Source of the DNA: an uncultured Chloroflexia bacterium
GTDB taxonomy: Bacteria; Chloroflexota; Anaerolineae; JAAYZQ01
Assembly (NCBI GenBank): GCA_963700285.1
Contig: CAVOXA010000014.1
Coordinates: forward strand, 480,001 to 544,000
Direction: 5' to 3'
Length of the DNA stretch: 64,000 nucleotides
Each line of letters begins with the position of its first letter. The stretch's first letter is position 1. A program made the position numbers and the translations under genes. The notes below the pieces were generated by a model, which worked only from the letters and a program-made list of their open reading frames with translations, was not told the DNA's origin and did not search any database. Below, piece by piece: positions 1-10,582 of the stretch.

Positions 1-333
1 GGCGTCGTACGGGAGGCGGTGGAGCAGATGGCCGAAGAAGGGTATCCGGTCGCGGCGCTGGTGCCAGCTGTCATCAATCCGCTGCCGGCAGACCGCATCC
101 TGGAATTTGCCAGCAACCTCGGCACCGTCATCGTGCCCGAAGTGAACCGCTCAGGCCAGTTCGCGGCCTGGGTCAAGGCCCAGACCGAGCTGCATTTGAT
201 CTCGCTGAACAAGTATGGCGGCCTGCCTTTTACGCCCCAGGAGATCCGCGCCAAGGTAAAAGAATTCCTCGCACCCAAGGTGGTCGAAGCCGAGCCAGAG
301 TCCGAGACCGCCCAGGAGGTGGCCCATGGCTAA
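1..333 (+). CDS. 2-oxoacid:ferredoxin oxidoreductase alpha subunit, C-terminal part (5' truncated by window)
   Basis: PEVNRSGQFA..LISLNKYGGLPFTPQEI resembles the OFOR alpha C-terminus; overlaps the beta subunit start. Confidence 0.85.
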   Translation, partial: GVVREAVEQMAEEGYPVAALVPAVINPLPADRILEFASNLGTVIVPEVNRSGQFAAWVKAQTELHLISLNKYGGLPFTPQEIRAKVKEFLAPKVVEAEPESETAQEVAHG

Positions 334-1189
334 GAAAAAAGTCACGACCAAGCTGCTCCCAAAGGATTTCAAGTCGACCGTCAAGCCCACCTGGTGTCCG
401 GGCTGCGGTGACTTTGGTGTTCTGGCGTCGTTGTACCAGGCCATGGCCAGGTTGGAGCTGGATCCGGCGAACACGCTCGTGGTATCCGGCATCGGCTGTT
501 CCAGCCGGCTGCCCTTCTTTGTAAAGACCTACGGCTTTCAGACCGCCCATGGCCGCGTTCTGCCTGTGGCCGTCGGAGCCAAGATCGCCAATCCGGACCT
601 GACGGTGATCGCCGTCGGCGGGGATGGCGATGGCTTTAGCATCGGCGGCGGGCACCTGGCCCACGCCGTGCGCCGAAACCCGGATATCACCTACGTGGTG
701 ATGGACAATGAGGTGTATGGCCTTACGAAAGGGCAAACCTCGCCCACTTCACCTCTGGGTTTTCAAACCAAGAGCACGCCCTATGGCTCGTCGGATACCC
801 CGATCAACCCTATGGCCTGGGTCCTAGCGTCCGGCGTCAGCTTTGCTGCCAGGGGCTTCTCGGGAACGCCCAAGCACGTCACCGATCTGATCGTCGAGGG
901 TATCCAGCACCCGGGTTTTGCCTTTGTTCAGACCATGAGCCCCTGCCCCACCTTCAACAACACCTTTGACCGATGGCGGGACAAGGTTGAAGACCTGCCC
1001 GCCGAACACCAGCCCGAGGACCGCATGCAGGCCCTGGCGCAGGCTTTCCGCACCGATGCAGTCCCGGTCGGCCTGTTCTACAAGGAGTCCCGGCCGACGC
1101 TGGAAAGCCACACGCGTGTCACCAACCATACGCTCAAGGAGGATGCCCTCGATTTTGATGTACGGGCGCTTCTGGAAATCTATCGCTAG
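326..1189 (+). CDS. 2-oxoacid:ferredoxin oxidoreductase beta subunit (TPP-binding)
   Basis: WCPGCGDFG, SGIGCSSR, GDGD...MDNEVYGLTKGQTSPT motifs. Confidence 0.95.
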   Translation: MAKKKVTTKLLPKDFKSTVKPTWCPGCGDFGVLASLYQAMARLELDPANTLVVSGIGCSSRLPFFVKTYGFQTAHGRVLPVAVGAKIANPDLTVIAVGGDGDGFSIGGGHLAHAVRRNPDITYVVMDNEVYGLTKGQTSPTSPLGFQTKSTPYGSSDTPINPMAWVLASGVSFAARGFSGTPKHVTDLIVEGIQHPGFAFVQTMSPCPTFNNTFDRWRDKVEDLPAEHQPEDRMQALAQAFRTDAVPVGLFYKESRPTLESHTRVTNHTLKEDALDFDVRALLEIYR

Positions 1190-1202
1190 CGGGAAGACCG
1201 AC

Positions 1203-1607
1203 ATGCAGATTGAAGGAATCCTGGAGAGCTGTCTTTACGTGGATGACCTGGATGCGGCGGAGGCGTTCTATCGCCGCGTGCTGGCGCTTCAGCTTCATTC
1301 CAGGGAACAGGGGCGACACGTGTTCCTTCACTGTGGAAAAGGGATGCTGCTGCTGTTTAACCCCGACAGTACATCGGTGTCCAACGGCATCGTACCCACT
1401 CATGGGGCCCGCGGCCCTGGCCACGTGGCCTTTGCCGTGAAGAAAGCTCAGATCTCCGCATGGAAGGATCAACTGCGGAAAGAGGGCGTCGCGATCGAAA
1501 CAGAAGTCCCCTGGCCCCATGGCGGCCATTCGATCTATTTTCGCGATCCAGCCGGCAACAGCGTGGAGCTGGCCACTTCCCAGGTCTGGGGGCTGCCTCC
1601 GGACTGA
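1203..1607 (+). CDS. VOC/glyoxalase family protein
   Basis: LYVDDLDAAEAFY..HVAF..SIYFRDPAGNSVEL; ATG at 1203. Confidence 0.9.
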   Translation: MQIEGILESCLYVDDLDAAEAFYRRVLALQLHSREQGRHVFLHCGKGMLLLFNPDSTSVSNGIVPTHGARGPGHVAFAVKKAQISAWKDQLRKEGVAIETEVPWPHGGHSIYFRDPAGNSVELATSQVWGLPPD

Positions 1608-1796
1608 ATCTGCGGACTGAAGTCCGTCCCCAGGCAGAATCAGGCAGCCCAGAGCCTCTGGTTCCAATCCCTGGCAGTAAGGGCAAGGTTCGCACGAGCG
1701 CCCGCAGAACACTCCCCCACCCAGTAACCTTTGATAGCATCCATCTTGGCTCTGCTGTGCTCAGGCCAGGACCCTGGAGATTCTTTTGTTTTGCAC

Positions 1797-1825
1797 TTGA
1801 CAAATACCAAAAAGCGTTGTATAAT
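1797..1825 (+). promoter_or_regulatory. Consensus sigma70 promoter of the LacI gene
   Basis: TTGACA-17 nt-TATAAT. Confidence 0.85.
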
Positions 1826-1852
1826 TAACGCGACGTTAGTAACGCGGGTTAC
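1826..1852. promoter_or_regulatory. Two tandem palindromic operator-like sites, probably LacI autoregulation
   Basis: TAACGCGACGTTA and GTAACGCGGGTTAC directly after the -10 box. Confidence 0.55.
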
Positions 1853-1901
1853 CCTCATGCATTCGCCGCCAGTCGTGCAGGAATGTGGTCGGGAGGTTGT
1901 C

Positions 1902-2939
1902 TTGGGTCGTAGACAGGCCCGAAGCCAGGATGTGGCCAGCAAGGCCGGAGTGTCCCGGACGACGGTTTCTTTCGTCTTGAACGACGTACCGGGAGTCAAG
2001 ATCACCGAAGAGACGCGCCAGCGGGTCCTGGATGCTGCGCGCGAGTTGAACTACTACCCCACCGCCGCGGCCCGCTCCCTGGCCAGCGGGAAGACCCACC
2101 GCATTGGCTTGATTCTGGGCGAAGGACAACAGCGCCTTGGAGCCGATGCTTTTCTGCCAGCCTTTCTCCAAGGCGTCACCGCCTCTGTCCACCGACGGGG
2201 CTATCTACTGATGCTGCAATTGGCTGAAGACGTGCCCAGTCACGAAGCCTACGCCCGCCTTATCCGAGAACAACATGTCGACGGGCTGATCCTTTCCGGC
2301 CCCCGGTCGGACGATCCGTTGCTGCCGCAACTGGCTGAGGAGAAGTTTCCCCTAATCTTGCATGGCCGGCCCAGCGGTCACGATTTTCCGTGCGTAGATG
2401 TGGACAACCAAGCTGGCGCGTACAAGGCCGTGAGTCACCTCATCGGCCTGGGTCACCGCCGCATCGGGTTCATCTCCAACGCGCCGCTCTCCTATGCTGG
2501 AGCACAGGACCGCTTTGCTGGCTACAAGCAGGCCCTGGCGGATCACGATATTCCCGATGATCCCGATCTGGTTCGAACCGCCGCTTTTCTACCCGAGGCC
2601 GGACGCTCAGCGATGGAGCAGTTGCTGGACGTGCCGGAGCGGCCGACGGCGGTATTTGGCGCCAGCGATGTCGTCGCTCTGGGCGCCCTGGGCGCCATCC
2701 ATGGCGCTGGTTTCTGCATTCCTGACGACGTGGCAGTTGTCGGCTTTGATGATATTTCTCTCGCCGCCCACGCCCATCCGCCGCTGACCACTGTTCGAGT
2801 GCCGGCCTACGGCCTGGGATGGACCGCGGCCGAGGTACTGATCGCGCGCATTGAGGGCGATGCAGTTTCCTCGGTAACGTTGGATACGGAGTTGGTGATC
2901 CGGGAATCCTGCGGGGCAAGGTCTGCCGCAGAGGCTTGA
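1902..2939 (+). CDS. LacI family transcriptional regulator
   Basis: DVASKAGVSRTTVSFVLN HTH, YYPTAAARSL hinge, VVGFDD..PPLTTV; GGAGG then TTG start. Confidence 0.95.
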   Translation: MGRRQARSQDVASKAGVSRTTVSFVLNDVPGVKITEETRQRVLDAARELNYYPTAAARSLASGKTHRIGLILGEGQQRLGADAFLPAFLQGVTASVHRRGYLLMLQLAEDVPSHEAYARLIREQHVDGLILSGPRSDDPLLPQLAEEKFPLILHGRPSGHDFPCVDVDNQAGAYKAVSHLIGLGHRRIGFISNAPLSYAGAQDRFAGYKQALADHDIPDDPDLVRTAAFLPEAGRSAMEQLLDVPERPTAVFGASDVVALGALGAIHGAGFCIPDDVAVVGFDDISLAAHAHPPLTTVRVPAYGLGWTAAEVLIARIEGDAVSSVTLDTELVIRESCGARSAAEA

Positions 2940-3286
2940 TCAGCAGCGTCCTGTTCTGTTTGTAGACGGGTCGACCGCCGCCATCCCTGTCCATCTGCAC
3001 GCAACTGTGCAGGATATCCTGATTGCGGCACAGCCGGATATTTGCCCAAAAAGTTGCACCAGTAGGTATCGTGTGAAGTTGAACTCCTCTAGCAGGTGTG
3101 AGATCATAGAGATTGCACAGAGGAGGCGAATATGGCAAAGCGATACTCATCCATCGGCTATGTGCCGCCATTGACGTACATCGAACGTACGCGTTCGGGC
3201 TTTGGCACACGACATTGGGCTGGGCACCGTCCGAGTCGCAGATTGCTCAGCCTCTCTGGAGAGAGACCGAAGGTTTTTTGTCAGAG

Positions 3287-3315
3287 TTGCGCCTTTTTCC
3301 TCCGTGTGGTATAAT
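3287..3315 (+). promoter_or_regulatory. sigma70-type promoter upstream of ppk2
   Basis: TTGCGC-17 nt-TATAAT with TG extension. Confidence 0.6.
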
Positions 3316-3594
3316 GGGGGATAGGGCACGGGCTGTTTTCTTGTCCCTTGTTCCTTCTCCTTTTCCTTGGGCTTGACTGACCACCGGTAGCCGGAGGGTG
3401 TGTAGAACACTTCCAGAGGATCACAATAAACACAGCTCCAAGTGTTGTACGTTTTGGGGGAAACCTCATGAATCTGTGATTCCGGAATTCTAGCCGGACT
3501 TTGACAGCGAACAAGCCCCCGAGCCGACTTGAACAAAGGGGTGGCGCACTCGGTTCCAGATGCACAACCCAGCCAGTTGTGTGCGGCAGGAAAA

Positions 3595-4524
3595 ATGGGA
3601 GGAGGCACGGCTAGGAATCATGAGCAGGACATCGGAACGACATTGTCGCAAGAGGAAGAAATCGCCGAATATGCAGACAGGAAGGAACAGGAGGATAAAT
3701 ACTATGACACGATAAGTGGCAAGTGGGGGAAAAAGCATCGGAAAAATGGCAAACTGACCGAAAGGTACTGTTTGCACGAACTTGCGCAACTCCAGGAAGA
3801 ATTGGTCAAGTGGCAGTATTGGGTCAGGGAAAAGGGTCTCAAAGTAGCGATACTCTTTGAAGGCAGAGACGCAGCCGGCAAGGGGGGCGTCGTTAAGCGC
3901 ATCACGGAACGCACCAACCCCCGTGTTATCCGAGTTGTGGCTCTCGGTATCCCGACCGAACGAGAAAAGTCTCAATGGTATTTTGAAAGATGGTCCACTC
4001 ACCTTCCGGCGGCGGGCGAAATGGTGCTATTCGACAGGAGTTGGTACACGCGCGCGATTACCGAGAACGTGATGGGCTTTTGCACTGAGGAACAGTATCG
4101 CGAGTTTCTGCGATCTTGTCCCCAATACGAGCGTATGCTGATACGTTCCGGCATCATCCTGCTAAAGTATTGGTTCTCGGTCAGCGATGAAGAGCAGGAA
4201 CGCCGCTTCCGGCAGCGAGCCACAGACCCGAAAAGGCGCTGGAAACTCAGTCCAATGGACCTGGAGTCTTGGAACAGATGGCTGGATTATTCCAAAGCCA
4301 AAGACAGGATGATGGAGTATACGGACATCAAACACTCTCCATGGTACGTGGTTCCTTCAGATGATAAGAAGCGCGCTCGGTTGAATTGTATCAGCCACAT
4401 ACTCAGCCAGATTCCATACGAGGATATTCTGCCGGAACCAATCGAACTGCCGGCTAGAGAATATCAAACCGGCTATATTCGCCCACCTTTTGAAGAGCAG
4501 ACTTTTGTGCCGGACATCCATTAA
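3595..4524 (+). CDS. ppk2: Polyphosphate kinase 2
   Basis: FEGRDAAGKGG Walker A, FDRSWY, WKLSPMD, DDKKRARLN; start uncertain. Confidence 0.95.
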   Translation: MGGGTARNHEQDIGTTLSQEEEIAEYADRKEQEDKYYDTISGKWGKKHRKNGKLTERYCLHELAQLQEELVKWQYWVREKGLKVAILFEGRDAAGKGGVVKRITERTNPRVIRVVALGIPTEREKSQWYFERWSTHLPAAGEMVLFDRSWYTRAITENVMGFCTEEQYREFLRSCPQYERMLIRSGIILLKYWFSVSDEEQERRFRQRATDPKRRWKLSPMDLESWNRWLDYSKAKDRMMEYTDIKHSPWYVVPSDDKKRARLNCISHILSQIPYEDILPEPIELPAREYQTGYIRPPFEEQTFVPDIH

Positions 4525-4742
4525 AGCCTGCAGTGGACAGATGCGCGCTGTGTAATTGGCTCCAAAAACTGGACCACGTGCTAAACCTCAGCCACACCCA
4601 TACACGGAGGGGAGGTGATAGAGCTCAGCAAACTCAGGTTCAAAGCATGCTGCCAGCCCTTGGCAGCCAACCGCCAGATGGAAGGACGTTGGCGCCCTCC
4701 CATCAGATGCATGACAGACAGTAGTCTGGAGGAGAGTAGAAA

Positions 4743-7417
4743 ATGAAACGCTCATTGTTTTCAATTGTGGCCCTTCTGGTAGTCATTGGCATGGTCCTGA
4801 CCGCCTGTGGAGGGACAACCGCACCGGAGCCAACTGAGGCGCCCGCCGCAGCGGAGCCGACCATGGCCCCCGAGGCCGGAGAGATGCCCGAAGCCGGCTT
4901 TCCCGTGATTCCGGGTGGCTTTCTGGAGAAAGCTCTGGCCGGTGAGTACGCCGGCACCGAGGTCACCGTCGACGGTCCCTTTGTCGACGTTGACGAAACT
5001 CGCTTCGAGGCGTCGATGGCTCCCTTTGAAGAGGCCACCGGCATCACCGTCAACTACATCGGCGACAAAGAGTTCGAAGCCCGCCTGTCCATCGCCGTCG
5101 ACGCCGGCGACGCGCCCGACATCGTCGACTTTCCCCAGCCGGGCAAAGCGGCCAACTATGCCCGCCAGGGCCACATCGTCGATCCCACCGAGTGGATCCC
5201 CCAGAGCTGGCTGGAGCAGCAGTACAACGAAAGCTGGCTCGACATGGCCCAGATAGAGGGCCAGACCGGTGGCGTCTGGCACCGCTTCAACGGCAAAAGC
5301 CTCGTCTGGTACCCCAAGGCCGTCTTTGACGCCGCCGGCTACGAGGTCCCCGAAACCTGGGATGAACTCATGGCCCTCACCCAGCAGATCGCCGACGACG
5401 GCGACACCGCCTGGTGCATCGGTATCGGCTCGGGTGCGGCCACCGGCTGGCCCGCCACCGACTGGACCGAGGAGTTGATGATGCGCACCACCTCCCTGGA
5501 GAACTATGACGCCTGGGTCGCAGGCGAACTGCCCTTCTCCTCGCCCGAGGTCAAAAATGCCATCGAGACCTGGAGCGAGATTCTGGCTCAACCCCGACTA
5601 TGTCTTTGGCGGCACCGACACCATCGTCTCCACCCTGTTCAACGACTCCCCGGCGCCCATGTTCGAGGACCCGCCCAAGTGCTGGCTCCACCGCCAGGGC
5701 AACTTTATCACCGGCAACTTCCCCGAGGGCGCCGAAGCGGGCGTCGACTATGACTTCTTCTACTTCCCACCCGTCGACGAGCAGTACGGCAAGCCCTTCC
5801 TGGTCGCCGGCGACATGATGTCCATGTTCAACGACCGGCCCGAAGTCCGGGCCCTGATGGAGTTCTTTACCACGCCCCAGTCCGCCTCCGGATTTCTGGC
5901 TCAGGGCGGCGCCCTGGCCGCCCACCAGACGGCCACACCCGACATGTACGGCGTGGACCTGGAGCGCGGCATCGCCGAACTCGTCCAGCAAGCCACAGCC
6001 TTCCGCTTCGACGGCTCCGACCTGATGCCCGGCGAGGTAGGCGCTGGCTCCTTCTGGACCGGCATGGTCGACTATGTCAGCGGCGCCGCCGACCTGGACA
6101 CCGTCCTGGCCGAAATCGACGCCTCCTGGCCGGAGGGAGTCGCTGGTGAGGCGCAAGCACCTACTGAAGAAGGCGCCTTCCCCGTGATTCCGGGTGGCTT
6201 CCTGGAGAAAGCTCTGGCCGGTGAGTACACCGGCACCGAGGTCACCGTCGACGGTCCCTTTGTCGACGTTGACGAAACTCGCTTCGAGGCGTCGATGGCT
6301 CCCTTCGAAGAGGCCACCGGCATCACCGTCAACTACATCGGCGACAAAGAGTTCGAAGCCCGCCTGTCCATCGCCGTCGACGCCGGCGACGCGCCCGACA
6401 TCGTCGACTTTCCCCAGCCGGGCAAAGCGGCCAACTATGCCCGCCAGGGCCACATCGTCGATCCCACCGAGTGGATCCCCCAGAGCTGGCTGGAGCAGCA
6501 GTACAACGAAAGCTGGCTCGACATGGCCCAGATAGAGGGCCAGACCGGTGGCGTCTGGCACCGCTTCAACGGCAAAAGCCTCGTCTGGTACCCCAAGGCC
6601 GTCTTTGACGCCGCCGGCTACGAGGTCCCCGAAACCTGGGATGAACTCATGGCCCTCACCCAGCAGATCGCCGACGACGGCGACACCGCCTGGTGCATCG
6701 GTATCGGCTCGGGTGCGGCCACCGGCTGGCCCGCCACCGACTGGACCGAGGAGATGATGCTGCGCACCACCTCCCTGGAGAACTATGACGCCTGGGTCGC
6801 AGGCGAACTGCCCTTCTCCTCGCCCGAGGTCAAAAATGCCATCGAGACCTGGAGCGAGATCTGGCTCAACCCCGACTATGTCTTTGGCGGCACCGACACC
6901 ATCGTCTCCACCCTGTTCAACGACTCCCCGGCGCCCATGTTCGAGGACCCGCCCAAGTGCTGGCTCCACCGCCAGGGCAACTTTATCACCGGCAACTTCC
7001 CCGAGGGCGCCGAAGCGGGCGTCGACTATGACTTCTTCTACTTCCCACCCGTCGACGAGCAGTACGGCAAGCCCTTCCTGGTCGCCGGCGACATGATGTC
7101 CATGTTCAACGACCGGCCCGAAGTCCGGGCCCTGATGGAGTTCTTTACCACGCCCCAGTCCGCCTCCGGATTTCTGGCTGCAGGGCGGCGCCCTGGCCGC
7201 CCACCAGACGGCCACACCCGACATGTACGGCGTGGACCTGGAGCGCGGCATCGCCGAACTCGTCCAGCAAGCCACAGCCTTCCGCTTCGACGGCTCCGAC
7301 CTGATGCCCGGCGAGGTAGGCGCTGGCTCCTTCTGGACCGGCATGGTCGACTATGTCAGCGGCGCCGCCGACCTGGACACCGTCCTGGCCGAAATCGACG
7401 CCTCCTGGCCCCAGTAG
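4743..7417 (+). CDS. Alpha-glucoside ABC substrate-binding lipoprotein (AglE/GgtB-like) with two tandem binding domains; two +1 frameshifts (about 5581 and 7180)
   Basis: Lipobox LTACG; KSLVWYPK, WCIGIGSGAATGWPATDW and FRFDGSDLMP each occur twice; each copy shows the other's extra base. Confidence 0.88.
4902..7410 (+). repeat. Intragenic direct repeat of about 1230 bp (4902-6131 and 6181-7410)
   Basis: Constant offset of 1279 nt; only a handful of substitutions; unique linker between copies. Confidence 0.95.
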
Positions 7418-7433
7418 CAAGACCTGTGGCAGT

Positions 7434-7467
7434 AAAGACTGCCAGCCCTGGTGGGCTGGCAGTCTTT
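7434..7467 (+). terminator. Intercistronic perfect 15-bp stem-loop after the binding-protein gene
   Basis: AAAGACTGCCAGCCC-TGGT-GGGCTGGCAGTCTTT. Confidence 0.75.
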
Positions 7468-7486
7468 CGAAGGAAGGAGTAGATCG

Positions 7487-8651
7487 ATGACGCAACTCGA
7501 CGCTGTTGAAGAACAAGAAGGCGGAAGAGGTTCTGAAGTCGTGAGCTGGCTGGGGCGTGTCTTCCTGGCCATCATCATTCCCCTGATCGCCTTTGCCGTG
7601 CTCTATGCTGGTTTCATCTTCCTGCGGGACAGCAACGCCCCTCGGTGGGTCACCGCTCTCGTGGCCATCGTCTGGGGCGTCGGCGGGGTAGCCGCTCTCT
7701 ACTGGATATTCAACGGCATCGTCGAACGACTGCCCGACGAGTGGACAGCGCGCCTTCAGCCCTTTGTCTTTGTCGGCCCGGCAATCGCCATCCTCGTTTG
7801 GTATCTGGCGCTACCTTCGCTTCGCACATTCTACCTGAGCCTCTTTGGCCGGGACGGTCCGCCGCCGGATGTTGGCTTTTTCGCATCCTTCGACCACCGA
7901 CGCTTTTGTCGGCTTTCAGAATTACGTGGCCATGTTCACGCAACGTCTGCTGCAGGAATCGCTGCGCAACAACGTGATGTGGATCGTGTTTGGCAGCACC
8001 ACATCCGTTGTCGCTGGCCTGCTGGTGGCCGTGCTGGCCGACCGCAGCCGGTTCGAGCGCGTCGCCAAGTCGCTGATCTTCCTACCGATGGCCATCTCCT
8101 TCGTGGGCGCCAGCGTCATCTGGAACTTTATGTACGTGGTCAGGCCGCCCGAATCGACTCAGATTGGCCTGCTGAACGCCATCCTCGTCGGGCTGGGTGC
8201 GGCGCCCTTTGCCTGGGACAAAGCGGTGGCATTTCAACCCTGGAACAACCTGTTCCTGATCCTCATCGTCGTCTGGCTGCAGGCCGGGTTCGCCATGGTG
8301 CTCTTCTCAGCAGCCTTAAAGGGCATCCCCGAGGAGATACTGGAAGCGGCCCGGGTGGACGGCGCCACCGAGGTGCAGGTATTCTTCAGGATCATGATCC
8401 CCTACATCATGGGCACCATCATCACGGTGTGGACGACGGTCGTCATCTTTACCCTCAAGATCTTTGACGTCGTGTGGGTCATGACCGGCGGTCAGTTTGG
8501 CACCCACGTGATCGCCACCCAGTTCTACCGCCAGTCGTTTACCGCCCGAAACTCGGGCTATGGCAGTGCCATCGCCATCATCCTGCTGCTAGCCGTCATC
8601 CCGGTGATGATCTACAACCTGCGGCAGTTCAGGGAACAGGAGGCGTTCTAG
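7487..8651 (+). CDS. Carbohydrate ABC permease (AglF-like), one frameshift near 7892
   Basis: SLIFLPMAISFVGASVIW, EAA motif EILEAARVDGA. Confidence 0.9.
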
Positions 8652-8652
8652 C

Positions 8653-9752
8653 ATGAAGAAGAAAAGATGGGTTGGCCTCTTGCTGGTCAATGGTGCGCTG
8701 CTGCTCCTGGTGATCGTGTGGAGCATCCCCACATTCGGGCTGTTGGTCTCCTCTTTCCGAAGTCGCTTTGATATCCAGACTTCGGGCTGGTGGACGGTTT
8801 TCCCCCATCGCGAGTGGGTGACGGTTGCCGAGTCGGACCCAAAGGTACTGGGCCTGGATCCCGACGGCGTGATGGAGGTGGAAGGTGTGACTGGGACCTT
8901 TGACCAGCTACGTGAAGGCGTCGCATCTCCGGATGGGAACACGCGTGTCACCTGGGTGGGCAACAGGCGCCTGGGCCGTATCGAGGTACAGCGAGCGGGA
9001 GTGGACGGTCACCTGGGACTTTACGCTGGACAACTACAAGCAGGTGCTCATCGGAAAGAGCTTGGAAGTCCAGCAAGCCCGATGGAACGGTTGAGGTTGT
9101 TCAAGGCCAGGACATGACCCAGGCCTTCCTGAACAGCCTGGCCGTCACCATTCCCTCAACGGTGATCCCGATCCTGATCGCCGCCTTTGCGGCCTACGCC
9201 TTCGCCTGGATGCAGTTCCCGGGCCGCCGGGCGCTGTTTATTCTGGTGGTAGGGCTGTTGGTCGTCCCGCTACAGATCGCCCTGGTGCCCATCCTGCGCG
9301 ACTATAAGACGCTGAACCTGAATGGCACGTTCCTGGCCATCTGGCTGGCCCACACCGGCTTTGGCCTGGCCCTGGCCACCTACCTGCTGTTCAACTATAT
9401 CGTCACCCTGCCGCGCGAGATCCTGGAGTCGGCCTTTATCGATGGCGCCTCCCACTTTACCATCTTTCAGCGGCTGGTCCTGCCGCTGTCGGTGCCGGCC
9501 CTGGCCTCTTTTGCCATCTTCCAGTTCCTGTGGGTGTGGAACGACTATCTGGTGGCCTTGACCTTTCTGGGGGTCGACCCCAACTTTAAGGTGGTCACCC
9601 AGCGGCTGGCCGACATGACCGGCACCTTTGGCAACGACTGGCACCTGCTGACGGCCGGTGCATTCGTGACCATGATCCTGCCACTGGTTGTGTTCTTTGC
9701 GCTGCAGCGCTACTTTGTGCGCGGCCTCACGGCCGGCTCTGTGAAGGGCTAG
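8653..9752 (+). CDS. Carbohydrate ABC permease (AglG-like), frameshifted near 8990-9100
   Basis: LLVSSFRSRFDIQTSGWW, ESAFIDGAS, FQFLWVWNDYLVAL, LQRYFVRGLTAGSVKG. Confidence 0.9.
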
Positions 9753-9905
9753 GTCCCAGTAACCCAAGATTGTCTTGTTGGGCGAGGTCTCTGTCCAAGA
9801 CCCAGCAGCTGCGGTCTGGAGACCTTGCCAAACTCGAGGCTGCGGTGTGGTGGCCTTGCCGGACTCGAGAACTTGAGCTGGATCAGTGTTCCTGCGAATT
9901 CTGTG

Positions 9906-9935
9906 ATCGGGGAGGCGGCCTTCCGTCTCCCCGAT
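9906..9935. terminator. GC-rich hairpin downstream of the ABC operon
   Basis: ATCGGGGAGGCGG-CCTT-CCGTCTCCCCGAT. Confidence 0.55.
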
Positions 9936-9955
9936 TGCTGAGGGTTTCCCGCCGA

Positions 9956-10483
9956 TTGGCACATCAGAGGCGTAACTCTTTCGACTGGGCCTTCTGGTTC
10001 CTGTGGATCATGGCCACTGCCTGGGGTTGGATCCTTGGCAGCTTTTTTGCACCGGGCGTGTCCTTGGTGGCTACAGGCATCGCGACAGGCGTACTGCAGT
10101 GGCTGGTCTTGAAGCAGCGCGTTCCCAGAGCGTACCGGTGGATCCCGGCCACTGCCATCGGTTGGACTCTTGGCGGGGTGCTGGCCTCCTTCGTGCTTCC
10201 AGCGGAACTGGATTTCCTGAGCGCGTTTCTGCTCGGGATCACCACAGGCATGGCGCAATGGGTGATCCTGAGGCAAGAGATCCAGTGGGCAGGCTGGTGG
10301 CCAGTGGTCAACGCCGTCGCCTGGATGACGGGCATGACACTGTTCCCCGCCCCCCTACTTGTAGGGGTCATGCCTGGGGCCATGACCGGCATCGCCCTGG
10401 AGTTGCTGCTACGTTACGCCCGACGCGCCAAACTCGGGCCCGATTCTGACTTGCCGGTACAAAGTCCAGACTTGTCCGATTGA
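9956..10483 (+). CDS. Hypothetical integral membrane protein with an internal repeat
   Basis: Multiple hydrophobic helices; repeated G..QW..L(K/R)Q...W motif; start uncertain. Confidence 0.7.
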   Translation: MAHQRRNSFDWAFWFLWIMATAWGWILGSFFAPGVSLVATGIATGVLQWLVLKQRVPRAYRWIPATAIGWTLGGVLASFVLPAELDFLSAFLLGITTGMAQWVILRQEIQWAGWWPVVNAVAWMTGMTLFPAPLLVGVMPGAMTGIALELLLRYARRAKLGPDSDLPVQSPDLSD

Positions 10484-10582
10484 CGCCATGTCAGGTATCA
10501 CCGCAAGTCGGGGGCTCGTGGCGTAGCGGAGATGGTGTTTCACCGAACACCCTGCACACATGGCATCAGGAGGTTGGCCTAC

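Noticed and set aside
4525-4742. Strong GGAGGTGA Shine-Dalgarno-like sequence and 63-aa ORF before the binding-protein gene
   Set aside because: No properly spaced start codon after the motif, and the ORF lacks protein-like features
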